A stretch of DNA of 60,000 bases. It comes from Squalus acanthias (Eukaryota). The notes under the pieces are model-generated. The model had not been told where the DNA came from, ran no database searches, and saw only the letters and a program-made list of their open reading frames with translations. This document shows, piece by piece, positions 22,059 through 35,337 of the stretch. The stretch lies in the NCBI GenBank assembly GCA_030390025.1, contig CM059431.1, forward strand, positions 147,562,001 to 147,622,000. The letters run 5' to 3'. The position numbers and the translations under genes are program-made. Positions within the stretch are counted from its first letter, which is position 1. Every line of letters begins with the position of its first letter.

Positions 22059-22560
22059 TGTTAGGGAGAAATCAATTCACTCCAGTCTGTGTTGATAGGT
22101 AAAAAAAAAACAGTTTATTTAATATTCAGAGATCTCTGGGAGAAGCGTCATAGACCTTATCCGGCCTAGTGACCACGGCTTCTCGACCTCCCGTTGTCAA
22201 TTACAACCTTTTATTTAAGAATTATCCAATCCCATAGCTACAAAATATCACATGATTACAATTATGTCAATTCAAACTAAACTGGTTAATTCGTTGTATT
22301 TCTTACCTTTGTCAGATATATGCTGCAAGCAATGTTTGTTGTGAATCACATTCTATGTTTTGCCTGAGTGCTGGGTCTAAACTCATTCTCACATTTGTCC
22401 TTTGTATTTCTCTACAGGTACACATTGTATTCTGTCCTTGAATGCTGCTAGGCATCCAATCCCCATCCATCCTTATCATCCACCTGGTTCTTATTCTATT
22501 TCGTACATAACTTCCATTCCCTTTACAGCTAAGAGAGGTTTAATTTAATTTCATTTAACA
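22059..22560 (-). mobile_element. Possible solo LTR
   Basis: Begins TGTTA, ends TAACA; minus-strand AATAAA (~22115) and TATA-like tract (~22210); no TSD found. Confidence 0.3.
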
Positions 22561-23139
22561 TGAGTTCAAATTAACCCTTTCAGGATCAAGTGGAACTTTG
22601 AATAGTGACGGGTAAAGAGGGCACTTAATCACAAATAATAAATTAAGCTCATTCACAAAGTACCGAAGCTACTGTTAGCGAAAGGTTTTCAATCAGGTTC
22701 TTAAACATTGAAGTGAGTTAGCATAGGTATTTTAAGCAGACAGTATATGCAATAGTACTTAAACATACAATTAAAGTTACTAGCTACAATCACAGCTGCT
22801 GATTGTTGGTTGGGGATTCAAACGTGTTGCAGTTCTGAACTCAGTATCTTGGACTATTGCGAATGCTTATTCCAAACTGTCACATTTCCACTGCCTCTTT
22901 GTATCAATCGTCACAATTTTGCATTATCTAATCCATATAAGGACAATTTAATGGACTCGTCTTTTTATCATACATGATAGTTTCCTTTGCTTAAAGAGCA
23001 CCTTTTCCTTTGGGCTGACACTTATTACCTTAGTTCGTAATATTACCAGTAATTTCACTCTTGTTCCTTCAATTGCAATTCGAACCAGTGAATACTTTAA
23101 TTATAAATCTGACTTTTGTTCTGTACTATTTGTCCCAAT

Positions 23140-23472
23140 TTACTCGCCAAGGCTCCTTTGGCAGCACCTCCCAAACACGCGACCTTTTCCACCTAGAAGG
23201 ACAAGGGCAGCAGGCGCAGGGGAACACCACCACCTCCAAGTTCTCCTCCAAGTCACACACCATCCTGACTTGGAAGCATATCGCCGTACCTTCATCATCG
23301 CTGGGTCAAAATCCTGGAACTCCCTACCTAACAGCACTGTAGGAATGCCTTCACCACACGGACTGCAGCGGTTCAAGAGGGCGGCTCACCAGCACCTTCT
23401 CAAGGGCAATAAGGGATGGGCAAAAAATGCTGGCCTTGACAGTGCAACCCACATCCCATGAACGAATAAAAA
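23140..23472 (+). mobile_element. 3' end of a CR1/L2-group LINE (family B), 5' truncated
   Basis: YRRTFIIAGSKSWNSLPNSTVG...FK motif, then 3' UTR ending gaataaaaa; same family as 29057-31350. Confidence 0.82.
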
Positions 23473-24557
23473 GAATGATGAAAGTACAGATGTTTTCCAA
23501 AACTGTTATCAAATGGTTAAAGTTCCTTGAAATGTTTGACTCAGTTTACAATGACATGTCTTTATTTACATTTCTTCTTACTGCATCCTGAATCTGACCA
23601 TTGCTGCAGGGTGAGCCCTCGCTCATCAGCTCAGTGCTCCTTTAAATTGACTGCTTAACAGGCAAAGGCGTGGATTCTATAGGCGTTTGATTTTAAGATA
23701 ACAACTACATTCTTCTCATTATTCAGTTAAAGCAAGGACACAATCATCTCGAACAGAAAGCTGTCAATTAACCATCTTAACCAAAATGTCTTGACTTTCA
23801 CGAGATTGAGCATTGATTCCAGACTTATATCTTTTGACGAGTCGTGCCAATGTGACTTACGTTAAGAAGGGACGTGACAGCATAGATAGAATGAGACAGT
23901 TTCAATTAGTTGAAGATCAAGAATTAACTACCATAGATAAAGGAATAAATGGAAGAGATTTAGAACAGAATGTAGGATAACCATCTTTACATGGAGAGTT
24001 GTGAGGCTGTGGAATTCACAGAGGGAGAAATGATGTCCATTTCAAGTTTAAATTGGATATATCAATGAATAAAAATAGGTTGATGGGATGTTGAGATAAA
24101 GCGGGTAAAGTGAATGGAACGATTTTCTCGGGTGCAGTGTAAACGCGGACATGGACTGGTTTGGAAAAATGATCTGTTCCCCTATTATCAGTTCTACAAA
24201 TTTTTGATGACCAGTTGAGATTTTCAGTAAATATCTGTGAACAAAGATGTCTAATGTCACATTGACGAGTCAAGTTCCTGCTGTCTCCATCATCAGACAC
24301 TGATCAGGAGACAGGGCCCCGTTCTATTGGTCCAGGAGACAATGGGGGGGCGGAGTCTGATGGGGAGACCAGCGCCTGCAACATTCACACCGTGATTACA
24401 GATAACCACCATTGTAACACATTGTTTCGACACTAAAGAAAACTTTAATTATTAAGTAAACTGATCGTCTCATTCCAGTACCTGCGGTGTGAGGCCGTTC
24501 ACGCTGACACCCACATGTTCTATTCTACTCCACTGCTGAAGCTCAGTCTTGACTGTT

Positions 24558-24951
24558 AACATAGAAACATGTCGAGCCTGCTCCACCATGCAATACGATC
24601 AGGGCTGATCATTCAAATCCAGTACCCTGGACCTGCTTTAATCCCCACAGTACACATATCCCAACCTAGCCCCGTAACCCCACGTATTTAAGTCCCCCTA
24701 ACATATCCCATCATATCCCCACATATTTAATCCCTCCCCCCTAACACTAAGGGTCAATTTATCATAGCCAAATCAACCTAACCCGCACATTTTTGGACTG
24801 TGGGAGGAAACCGGAGCACCCGGAGGAAACCCACGCAGACACGGGGAGAATGTGCAAACTCCACACAGACAGTCACCCGAGGTCAGATTCGAACCCGGGT
24901 CTCTGGCGCTGTGAGGCACCAGTGCTAACCACTATGCCACCGTGTTGCCCG
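24558..24951 (-). mobile_element. HE1-like V-SINE with 4-bp TSD (tgtt)
   Basis: Homologous to 11160-11610; B box gggttcgaatc; tgtt at 24554-24557 and 24952-24955; absent at paralogous site ~38292. Confidence 0.92.
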
Positions 24952-25145
24952 TGTTCTCTTTGAATCTTGAGCGGGAAGGGCGCTGTTTTAGTGGAAATCG
25001 ATTATGTTCACCGGGGAAAGCAGCAGACATCAGGCACACGGCACAAATTGGGAGAAATGTTCTCTGAAGCCGTTGAATTTTCACAACAGCAAACCATAGT
25101 AATTGAACTCTAGTCTGGACCGGAATCTTTGTTTTATTTTTTCAT

Positions 25146-26038
25146 TTATTTGCAAATAAATGTCAAAGGAGTTTTCATCACCTGCTTCAGCTCTTTCCTG
25201 AATTTAGTTTGAGTAGCTGCATAAATACATGTGTTTGTACAGGAACTCAAATACATGAGCATATGTCCGGCTTCAGCGGCAATATAGGCAGGGGCTGCAT
25301 AATCGCCTCGGTAATGCACGGTGCTTGTCACTCTGGTAGTTAAACAAGTAACGATAGTTGTCAGCCACAACAGTATGAAACTGGCCGATACTGTGAACAG
25401 TAAAATAATTGATTTGCTTCGGCTCTCCATCTCTGGATCGCTCTGATTCTCACTGCTGTGACCCCGGAGTCCCTTGCGGGCTCGACTGGCCTCTAAAATA
25501 CGTCTGGCTGTCAAACAATTAAACAGTAATATCAAAGCAGAACTAAGCCAAGAAAAACAAATGCGACGCAACCAGGAAACCGCCAAGCCTACAGGCGATG
25601 AAGAAAACTCCGCTCTGGGTCGGCAACCCCAGTTAACATTGTTAATTATTCGATCAGCTTCAAATGCAAACCAAAACACGAGGCTTTGTAAACAGATCAG
25701 GACAGAGATCGTTGTTATAACCGCGGCCGCAGTTCTCACTGTGCAATACTTGGTTTTAAACTTCTGACAACATATAACTACAAATCGGTCAAATGTGAAC
25801 GAGACTGTAAACCACTCCGACAAATACAGGGTGACACATTGCACATATATAATGATCTTACAAACGGCAGTTAACGACAGGAATGAATGTGGAAAGTGGT
25901 AACGTAAAATGCGGTTCACTAATATATTGATGATCATGACCAATAGATCTGCTGTTGCCATAGCCACCATGTAGACAGAGATACATTTGGAAAGGCCGCA
26001 GTTTCCTCTGGAGAGAATCACGATTGCCAGTAGGTTCG
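25146..26038 (-). CDS. GPR139/GPR142-like class A GPCR, exon 2 (end of TM1 to TM7)
   Basis: Acceptor ctccttctcacAG at 26039-26040; intact frame with YMVAMATADL, FTFDRF, CC-x-K-x-K-x-KYCT, SSCTNTCIY; 7TM hydrophobic pattern; with exon 1 gives 320 aa. Confidence 0.9.
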
Positions 26039-26789
26039 CTGTGAGAAGGAGGGAGAAGAGGTCAGTAACGGAGTCATTCAGTTAAATCTCACAGATGATT
26101 GTGGGGAAATGTTCGGAAGTGTCCCTTTTTAGCGTTATGCGCACGGATTGTTATCATTAATAAAGGCGAGGGTGAAGACATTTTATTTAAAATAATGAAA
26201 TCATTGAACATTCAATGTAGAGGGACTGAAGATCCGCCGTCCGTCCAGCAAACTTCAGTCAAGTATTAAATATAATTCCACAGCAATTAATTGAAAGATA
26301 TAATTCAAATAAAATATTCAACTCCGTTAAAAAAACGTTCAAATTATACTCAAACGCTGCCGAGAGGTGGGGAGCACCTTCCTAAGCGTAAATTGTTTCG
26401 TAAAATACCTTTCGAAATCCCCTGCTGGGTGGAGGTGACTGCATTCCGAGGAATTATCAACTTAATGTAGACAGGGAACAACGGCACAAATTACGTGATT
26501 ACAATGGGCACTAAGCAACACATTCTTTAGTGAGCTATGTGTTGCTGGAGAGGCCGGGGAATCAGCCTCGCCCTCCCTCAGTATAGGGAGGAACATTGAG
26601 CGCCCGGTGCCGAAGTTCTAGCGACCAGAACAGCGCCTCAGTGGTCGCGCGGACAACTAGGATTGCCGCTGATTTTCACCGACTGATCCCGGTGTATAAA
26701 TAACTCTACATTGTGGACAATCTCGGAATCTCTTACATTAACACTGAGATAGTAAAAAGGGTATTAGGCAACAGGATACATTGACTTAC

Positions 26790-26859
26790 CGGGAATGCCA
26801 AATGCTGCGAGGACATGGAAGTAAATGTCCCGTATCTGCAGAATTATTGGCCGTACCAT
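26790..26859 (-). CDS. GPR139-like GPCR exon 1 (MVRPIILQIRDIYFHVLAAFGIP)
   Basis: ATG 26857-26859, 70 bp, donor G|GTAAGT, phase 1 joins CG of exon 2 to give GIPANLL (TM1 GxxxN). Confidence 0.88.
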
Positions 26860-26934
26860 TGTTTTGAAGATTTGTGTGAATTCTGCGCAGCTTTACGGTT
26901 CCGACTGGAGTGTTTCTGAGATCCGTAAATGCAC

Positions 26935-26992
26935 CCCCTTTATAGAACAATCAGTGCCTCTGTGAGATAATCCAGTTACATAATAATTGGCG
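26935..26992 (-). promoter_or_regulatory. TATA box and CCAAT/homeodomain-like site of the GPCR gene
   Basis: Minus-strand TATAAAGGGG (TATAAA at 26939-26944) 80 bp upstream of ATG; CCAATTA at ~26984-26990; both conserved in the paralog (45170-45221). Confidence 0.6.
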
Positions 26993-27291
26993 TTAGTTAC
27001 AGTCACTTAACAAACAAGGTGCGATTTTCAACTTCAGTGCACCCGGGCCGCAACTGATGAAATTGAACAGCTCAGTCCATGAAACTCTGTCCATTAATAT
27101 GAATGAACGGAAAGTAATCGCAGAGGAAATGGACTCTGCGCATGTCCAGTAAACCCTGAAGGATAAAGCAAACATTCTCCCGGACACTGCGTTGATTACT
27201 TGGAGCCTCATCTTAATTTGGTGAAATCGTCACTCATCCATTGCACAATTAAAATGTGTTTTGTACTTTGGTGATGAATGATGTTGAATCG

Positions 27292-29052
27292 GCTCTTACT
27301 TTACTGGTGGTGACTCTACTCTAATATTACTGGTGGTGACTCTACTCTAACATTACTGGTGGTGGCCCCACTCTACCTTTACTGGTGGTGACCCCACTCT
27401 ACCTTTACTGGTGGTGACTCTACTCTAACGTTAATGGTAGTGACGCTACTCTAACATTACTGGTTGTGACTCTACTCTAACATTACTGGTAGTGACTCTA
27501 CTCTAACATTACTGGTGGTGACTGCACTCTAACATTACTGGTGGTGACTCTAATCTAACATTACTGGTGGTGACTCTACTCTAACATTACTGGTGGTGAC
27601 TCTCTTCTAACATTTATGTTAGTGACTCTACTCTCCATTATTGGTTGTGACTCTACTCTAACATTACTAGTGGTGACCCTAATCTAACATTACTGGTGGT
27701 GAACCTACTCTAACATTACTGGCGGTGGCAATAGTCCAACATTACTGGCTGTGTCTCTACTCTAACATTACTGGTGGTGATCCTACTCTAACAATATTGA
27801 TGTTGATCCTACTGTGACATTTCTGGTAGTGACGCTCCTCTAACATTACTGGTGGTGACTCTAGTCTAACATCACTGGTGGTGAACCTACTCGAATTTTG
27901 CTCATGTTGACCCTGCTTTAACATTACTGGTGGTGACCCTACTCTAACATTACTGGTGGTCATTCTACTCTTACATTAATGGTGGTAATTCTACACTAAC
28001 ATTTATGGTGGTGACCCTATTCTAACATAACTGGTGCTGAACCTACTCTAACATTTCTGGTAGTGACGCTCCTCTAACATTACTGGTGTTGACCCTACTC
28101 TAACATTACTCGTGGTGACCCTCCTCAAACATTACTCGTGGTGGCACTAATCTAACATTAGTTGTGCTGACCCTACTCTAACATAATTTGTAGTGATCCT
28201 ACTCTAACAACACTGGTGGTGTCCCTACCCTAACTTTACTGCTGGTGATTCTGCTCTAACATTACCGGTGGGGACTCTACTCCAACATTACTGGCGGTGA
28301 GACTGCTCTAACATTATTGGTGCCGACCCTACTCTAACATAACTGGTGGTGACCCTACTCAAACATAACTGGTGGTGACCCTACTCTAACATTACTGGTG
28401 GTGACCCTACTCTAACATTACTGGTGGTGACTGTACTCCAACATCACCGGTGGTGAACCTACTCTAATATACTGGTGTTGACCCTGCTCTAACTTTACTG
28501 GTGGTGATGCTACTCTAACATTAATGTTGTTCACTGTACTCTAACATTACTCGTGGTGACCCTGCTCTAACGTTACTGGCGTTGATTCTACTCTAACATT
28601 ATTGGTGGAGGTACTACTCTATCAGTACTGGTGATCACCCTATTCTAACATTTCTGGTGGTGACTCTACTCTACCAATACTGGTGCTTACCCTATTCTAA
28701 CATTATTGCTGGTGACCCTACTCTAACATTACTGTTGGTAACCCTACTTTAACATTACTGCTGGTGACCCTACTCTAACATGACTGGGTGTGATCTTACT
28801 CTAACATTACTGGTGGTAACCCTACTCTAACATTAATGGCTATCACCCTACTGTTACATTATGGCTGGTGACTCTACGATCATATTAATGGTGCTTACTT
28901 GGCTCTAATATTACTGTACGTTACTCTAATCTAACATTATTCGTGGTGATCCGATTCTAATATTGCTGGTAGTGACTCTTCCCAAATGTTACTGCTGGTA
29001 ACAATGCTCCAAACTAATGGTTGTTGACTGCTCTCTAACATTACTGCTGTTG
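27292..29052. repeat. 26-bp minisatellite (ctctaacattactggtggtgacccta), ~65 diverged units
   Basis: Direct periodicity. Confidence 0.95.
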
Positions 29053-29056
29053 GCCT

Positions 29057-31350
29057 TTTTTTTATTTGTTCACGGGATATTGGTGTCGCTGTCAAGGCCA
29101 GCCTTTATTGCCCATTCCTAATTACCCTTGAGAAGTTGATGGTGAGCCGCCTTCTGAAACCGCTGCATTCCATTTGTTGAAGGTCCTCCCACAGAGCTGT
29201 TAGGGAGGGATTTCCTGGATTTTGACCGAAAGACGACGAAGGAACGGCGATATATTTCCAAGTCTGTATAGTATGTAACTTGGAGGGGAACATGCAGGTG
29301 GTGGTGTTCCCAATGCGCCTGCTGCCCTTGTCCTTCCAGGCGGCAGAGGTTGCATGTTTGGGAGGTGCTGTCGAAGAAACTTGGCGAATTGCTGCAGTAC
29401 CTCTTGTAGATGTACATACTGCAGTCACAATGCACCGGTGGTGAACGGAGCGAATGGTTAAAGTGGTGGATCGGTGCCAATCAAGCGGGCTGCTTTGTCC
29501 TGGATAGTGTTGAGCTTCTTGAGTGTTGTTGGAGCTGCACTCATCCAGGCAAGTGGCACACTCCTGACTTGTGCCTTGAAGATGGGAGAAAGGATCTGGA
29601 GAGTCAGGAGGTGGGATACTCGCCGCAGAATACCCGATCTCTGAACTGCTCTTGCAGCCACATTATTTATGTGGCGCGTCCTGTTAAGTTTCTGGTCATT
29701 GGGATCCCCTACGATGTTTGTGGTGGGAGTTTCGACAATGGTAATGCCGTTGAATGTCAAGGGGAGATGCTTACACTCTCTTTTTTTGGAGTTTGTCATT
29801 TCCTGACACATGTCTGTCAGCAATGTTTCTTGCCATTTATTAACCCAAGCCTGCAAGTTGTCCTGGTCCCGCTGCATTTGGGCTTCATTATCGCAGGAAC
29901 TGCGAATAGAACGGAACACTCTGTAATCAGCAGCGAACATCCTGACTCTTCTGTTCTTATGATGGCTGGAACTTCAATGATGAAGTTGCTGAAGATGGTT
30001 GGGTCTCGGACACTGCCCTGAGGAAATCCTTCAGCGATGTTCTGAGGCTGATATGACTGACCTGCTTAATCTTCCTTTTTGCTTGGTATGACTCCAGCCA
30101 TTGAAGTCTTTTCCACCTGAACCCCATTTACATCAATTTTACCAGGGCTGCTGGATGTCACATTCGGTCAAATGCTTTTTGATTTCCGGGGTAATTACTG
30201 TTACCTCATCTCTGGAATTCTGAGCCTTTGTCCATGTTTGGACAAAGCTGTAATGAGATCTGGAGCCACGTGATCGTGGTGGGACCAAACTGAGTTTCGG
30301 TTAGCAGGTTATTGATCAGCAAGGGACGCTTGATAGCGATCACGACGACACCTTCCATCACTTTGCTGATAATTGAGAGTAATGTGATGAGGCGGTAATT
30401 GGCCGAATTTGATTTGTCCTGCTTTTTGTCGACAGGACATTCTGGGTTAATTTTTCACTATATCGGTAGATGCCAGTGTTGTAGTTGTACTGAAACCGCG
30501 TGGCTACAAGATCAGCTAGATCTGGATCACAAATCGGCAGCACCACAGACGTGATGCTATCGGGCCACAGACTTTGCCGTATCCAGCGCGCTCAGACGTA
30601 TTGTGATGTCACGTGGAGTGAATCGAATTGGCTGAAACTGACATTGTGATGGTGGCGATCTCAAGAGCAGGCCGAGATGGATCATCGCCTCGGTAATACT
30701 GGATGAAGATGGTTGCGAACGTTTCAGCATTGTCTTTTGCACGCCCATGCTTGGCTCCGTCGTCATTGAGGTTGGGGATATTAATGGCGCCTCCTCCTTC
30801 TATTATTTGTTTAATTATTCACCGCCATTAACGACTGGCTGTGGCAGGACTGCAGAACGTTATCTGCTGCGTTAGGTGTGGGATCGCTGAGCTCTGCCTA
30901 TAATATGGTGCTTCCGTTGTTTAGCATGCATGTTGCCCTGTGTTTCAGCTTCCTCAGGTTGGAAGCTCATTTTTAAGATACGCCTGGTGCTGCTCCTGGC
31001 ATGTTCTACTACACTCTTCATTGAACCAGGGTTGGTCCCCTGGCCTGATGGTAACAGCAGAGTGAGGGATATGCTGCACCATGAGTTTAAAGATTCAGGT
31101 GGAATACAATTCTTCTGCTGCTGATAGCCCACAGCGCCTAACGGAGCCCGGCTTTGAGCTGCTAGATCTTTTCTGAATCTATCCCATTTAGCACGGGATT
31201 CCATCTCCACAAGGACTGTGCGCTGGTCACTGCTACCAATGCTGTCATGGTCAGATGCAACTGCAACAGGTAGATGATGTGGACGAAGTCAAGAAGTTTT
31301 TTCCCTCGTGATTGTTCTCTCACCACCTGCCAAAAGCCCAGACCGGCAGC
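29057..31350 (-). mobile_element. Decayed CR1/L2-group LINE (family B), RT to 3' end
   Basis: PQGSVRDP, MFAADYRVF (degenerate FADD), PLAWMSAAPTTLKKLNTIQDKAARLIG; poly-T at 29057. Confidence 0.88.
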
Positions 31351-33465
31351 CAATGTGCAAGGCTTCTCCATCACTATCTCTGGGTATGTGCTGTCCCACC
31401 AGCAGCACAAACCTCCAAGATGAGTCAGCACAGTGGTATACAGTCGTGAAGCTGCGGCACTGGGAGTAATCTACTTTGACTTCAGACCTCATGAAGTCTC
31501 ATGCCATCAGGTCATGCATGGGAAAGGAAACCTCATGCTGATTACCAACTACCGGCCTCTGTCAGTGAGGAATCGGTACTCTTTCATGTTGAAAACCACT
31601 CGGAAGAAGCACTGAGAGTACCATGGCACAGAATGTTCTCTGGGAGGCTAGCTTAAATGTCCAAAGCCAAAACTGGCTCAGTAGCACCACTACTGACCGA
31701 TTTGGCCGACTCCAGAAGGACATAGCTGCCAGACTGGACTTGGGGCAGGTGGTGAGAGAAACAGTACGAGGGAAAACCTACTTGACCTCGTTCTGACCAA
31801 TTTACCTGGTCGCAAATACAGCTGCCCTTGGTAGCAGTGACCACCGCAAAGTTATTGCGGAGATCAAGTCCCGTCTTCACACTGAAGACACCCTCCATCG
31901 TGTTGTGTGGCACTTCCACCGTGGTAAATGGAAAATACAAAACAGATCTAGCAATACAAAACTGGGCATCCATGAGGCGCTGTGGGCAATGAGCAGCAGC
32001 AGAATTGTATTCCGCCACTATCTGTAACCTCATGGCCTGGCATATCCCTCAATTTCGCATTACCTTCGAGCCAGGGTACCAAAACTGGTTCAATAAGGAG
32101 TGCAGAAGAGTATGCGAGGAGAAACACCAGGCGTACCTAAATGGGTTGCCAAACTGGGGAAGCTGCAACACAGGTACATGCAGGCTAAACAGTGGAAGCA
32201 GCATGCTATAATCAGAGCTAAGCGATCCCACAATCAACGAACCAGTTCAAAGCTCTGCAGTCCTGCCACATCCAGTTGTGAATGGTGGTGGACCAGTAAA
32301 CAACTAACAGGTGGAGGAGGCACCATTATTATCCCCATTCTCAATAATGGCAGAGCCCAGCACGTGAGCGCAAAAGGTTGCGTTTGCAACCATCTTCAGC
32401 CAGAACAGTCAAGTAGATGATCCATATCGGCAGCCTATTTAGGTTCCCCACCGTCACAGAAGCCAGTCTTCTGCAAATTCGATTCACTCCACGTGATATC
32501 ACTAAACGGCTCGGCCACTGGATACAGCAAATGCTGTGGTACCCGACAACATCCCGGCTGTCGTGCTGAAGACTTGTGCTGCAGAACTAGCCGTGCCTCT
32601 AGCAAAGCTGTTCCAGTACAGCTACAACACTGGCATCAGTACCGCTGCAACACTGGCATCTATTCGACAATGTGGAAAAGTGCCCAAGTATGTCCTGTCC
32701 ACAAAAAGCAGGACAAATCCAAGCTGGCCGATTACTGCCCGATCCGTCTACGGTCAATGATCAGCAGAGTGATGGAAGGTGTCATCGACAATGCTATCAA
32801 GCAGCGCTTACTCACCAATAACCTGCTCACCAATGCTCAGTTTGGGTTCCGGCAGGACCACTTGGCTGCCGACCTCATTACAGCCTTTGGCCAAACACGG
32901 ACAAAAGAGCTGAATTCCAGAGGAGAGGTGAGAGTGACTGCCCGTGTCATCAAGGCAGCATTTGACCGAGTGCGGCACCAAGGAGCCCTAGTAAAACTGA
33001 AGTAAATGGGAATCAGGGGGTAAAGGCTCCACTGGCTGGAGTCATACCCAGCTCAAATGAAGATGACTGTGGTGGTTGGACGTCAATCATCACAACCCCA
33101 TGATATCGCTGCAGGTGATCCTCAGCTTAATGTCCTAGGCCCAACAATCGTCAGCTGCTTCAGCAATGTCCTTTCCTCCATCATAAGGCCAGAATTGGGG
33201 ATGTTCGCTGATGATTACACAGTTTACAGTTCCATTCATAACTCCTCAGATAATGAAGCAGTCCATGCCTGCATGCAAGACCTGGAGGACATTCAGGCTT
33301 GGCTTGATAAGTGGCAAGAAACTTTCGCGCCACACAAGTGACAGGCAATTATGATCTCCAACAAGATAGAGTTTAACCACCGCCCCTTGACATTCAACGG
33401 CATTACCATGACTGAATATCCCACCTTCAATATGCTGGGGTTCACCGTTGAACAGAAACCTGACT
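31351..33465 (+). mobile_element. Decayed CR1/L2-group LINE (family B), EN to RT, head-to-head with previous
   Basis: PVHKKQDKS...QFGFRQDH...IKAAFDRV, VLGPTI, MFADDYTVY. Confidence 0.88.
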
Positions 33466-33599
33466 AAGACGCTCTGTTCATTATAATAGATTGATCACTG
33501 CAGCCCAACGTCACCCCGTCCCCCCCCCCCCCAACATTTTCATTATAAATGGCCCAAACCAGCCAGAAGCATCTGGCTGAGGAGACGTGCCAGCATGGA

Positions 33600-34670
33600 C
33601 TTCCTATTACAACAACGTTAATTTATATACCGCAATTAAATTAATAAAACTCTCCAAGGCGCTTCAATTGAGCGTAATCAGACACAAAGGGCTAAGGAGC
33701 CAAAGCAGGAGACACGTGGACAGGTGACCAAAAGCATGATCAGAGGTAGGTTTTAAGGAGAGACTTAAAGGAAAGGAGAAATGCAGAGTTTTAGGGAAGG
33801 AATTCCAGTGTTTAGAGCCTATACAAATAAAGGCACGGCTGCCAATGGTGGGGAGAAGAAAGTGGAGGGTGCACAGGAGGAAATTTTGGCTCATTTTTGA
33901 ATTTAGTGCAGACAAGCTATTTGTCAACACAGAGGCAGTGGGGGAGTTAAGAGAGTTGGTGGTGAGGTAGAGTTGCATGTCTTCAGCATACACGTGAGAT
34001 CTGATGTTGCGTTTTCGGCTGATGTCGTCAAGGAGCAGTATGTAGATGCGAAATAGAAGGATCAAAGAGTATAACCTTTGGGGTTAGAGGTAACGGTGAG
34101 AAAGCGCGAAGATAAGCCATTGCAGGAAATTCTCTGGCTCGGGCTGCATAGGTAAGAGTGGAACCAGGCGAGGGCTGTTCCACACAGCTGTAAAATGATG
34201 GAGAGGCGTGGAGAAGTATGGTGTTGTCATCCGTGTCAAAGACGGGAAGAATGAAGAGGGATATGCACGATGGTCACAGACACAGAAGATATAATTTGTG
34301 ACTTCGATAAGGGCCGTTTCAATGCTGTGATAAGGCAGAAACTTGATTGGAGAGATTCAATCAGGGAATATGTGGGAAAGATGGACAGGAATTTGTGAGG
34401 CGACAATAAGTTCAAGTAATTTGGACTGGAATATGATGTTGGAGATGGGGCGGTATATTGAAAAAGTCAACGGGGATCACGGGTGGATTTATCAGGAGGG
34501 AGTGATGCAAGCATATGTGAAAGGGAGGGGGACAGTACTTGTGCAGAGGGAACAGTTCAGAATATCAAATAGCATGGGGCTAGGAAGAGAAACTGGATGG
34601 TCAGCTGTTTAGTGGGAATGGGGTTAAGGCAGAAGGTGGTGGTTTTCGGTGACAACATGATCTTGGACCG
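33600..34670 (-). mobile_element. Decayed L2 LINE fragment with internal deletion
   Basis: HVYAEDMQLYLT (YADDTQLY-like), GSRAF...WNSFP, L2-type 3' end. Confidence 0.75.
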
Positions 34671-34834
34671 TCCACGACGGGTAATCGGGGACTTCACGGG
34701 AACACAGTAAATGATTAATTAAATTACAGGACAGGTAAATTTAGGGGAAGGCAGAAACTCTTTAGTTAAAAATAGAATAAAGGAGACTTTAGGGGAATAC
34801 AACAATTGTTTAATTATCAGTAGAACAACGGGAT

Positions 34835-35175
34835 CTATAGGGGCACACAGTAACTCTGTAATTAGAGATAAAGGACAGGGTAATTTAGAGGAACACAGTA
34901 CATGTGTAATTAGAGATAGAGGACAGGGTAATTTAGGGTAACACAGTAAATGTGTAATTACAGATAGAGGACAGGGTAATTTAGGGGAACACAGTAACTG
35001 TGTAATTAGAGATAGAGGACAGGGTAATTTAGGGGAACACAGTAATTGTGTAATTAGGGATAGAGGATAGGGTCATTTAGTGGAACACAGTGACTGTGTA
35101 ATTAGAGATAGAGGACAGGGGAAGTAAGGGGAACATGTTAACATTTTAATTAGAAATCGAGGACAGGAGAGTTAT
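34835..35175. repeat. 48-bp tandem repeat (gtaattagagatagaggacagggtaatttaggggaacacagtaactgt), ~7 copies with decayed flanks
   Basis: ggacagggtaat at 34873, 34921, 34969. Confidence 0.9.
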
Positions 35176-35337
35176 GGGGAATGCTGTAGCTGTTTAATTT
35201 TCAATGGGGACCAGGAGGATACATAAAATATTTATTTAGAAGTCGGGCCATGTAAATATATTAACCGTTTAATAACAAATAGAGGGCTCAGGAATGCCAG
35301 GAGAACACAACAACTGTTCAATAAGAATAGTAGAATA

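Larger units (their letters stand above)
22580..32365. repeat. Segmental duplication copy A (paralogous to 35871-52065)
   Basis: Colinear high similarity starting tcaggatcaagtggaactttgaa in both copies, through GPCR exons, 26-bp array and LINE arms. Confidence 0.92.

Noticed and set aside
26618..26638. REST/NRSE-like site in GPCR intron (tctagcgaccagaacagcgcc)
   Set aside because: About 14/21 match with the critical GGACAG core altered.
27292..29052. CRISPR-like or Chi-site array (ctggtgg in each 26-bp unit)
   Set aside because: Units are head-to-tail with no unique spacers, no cas genes, eukaryotic context; Chi resemblance has no supportable meaning here.
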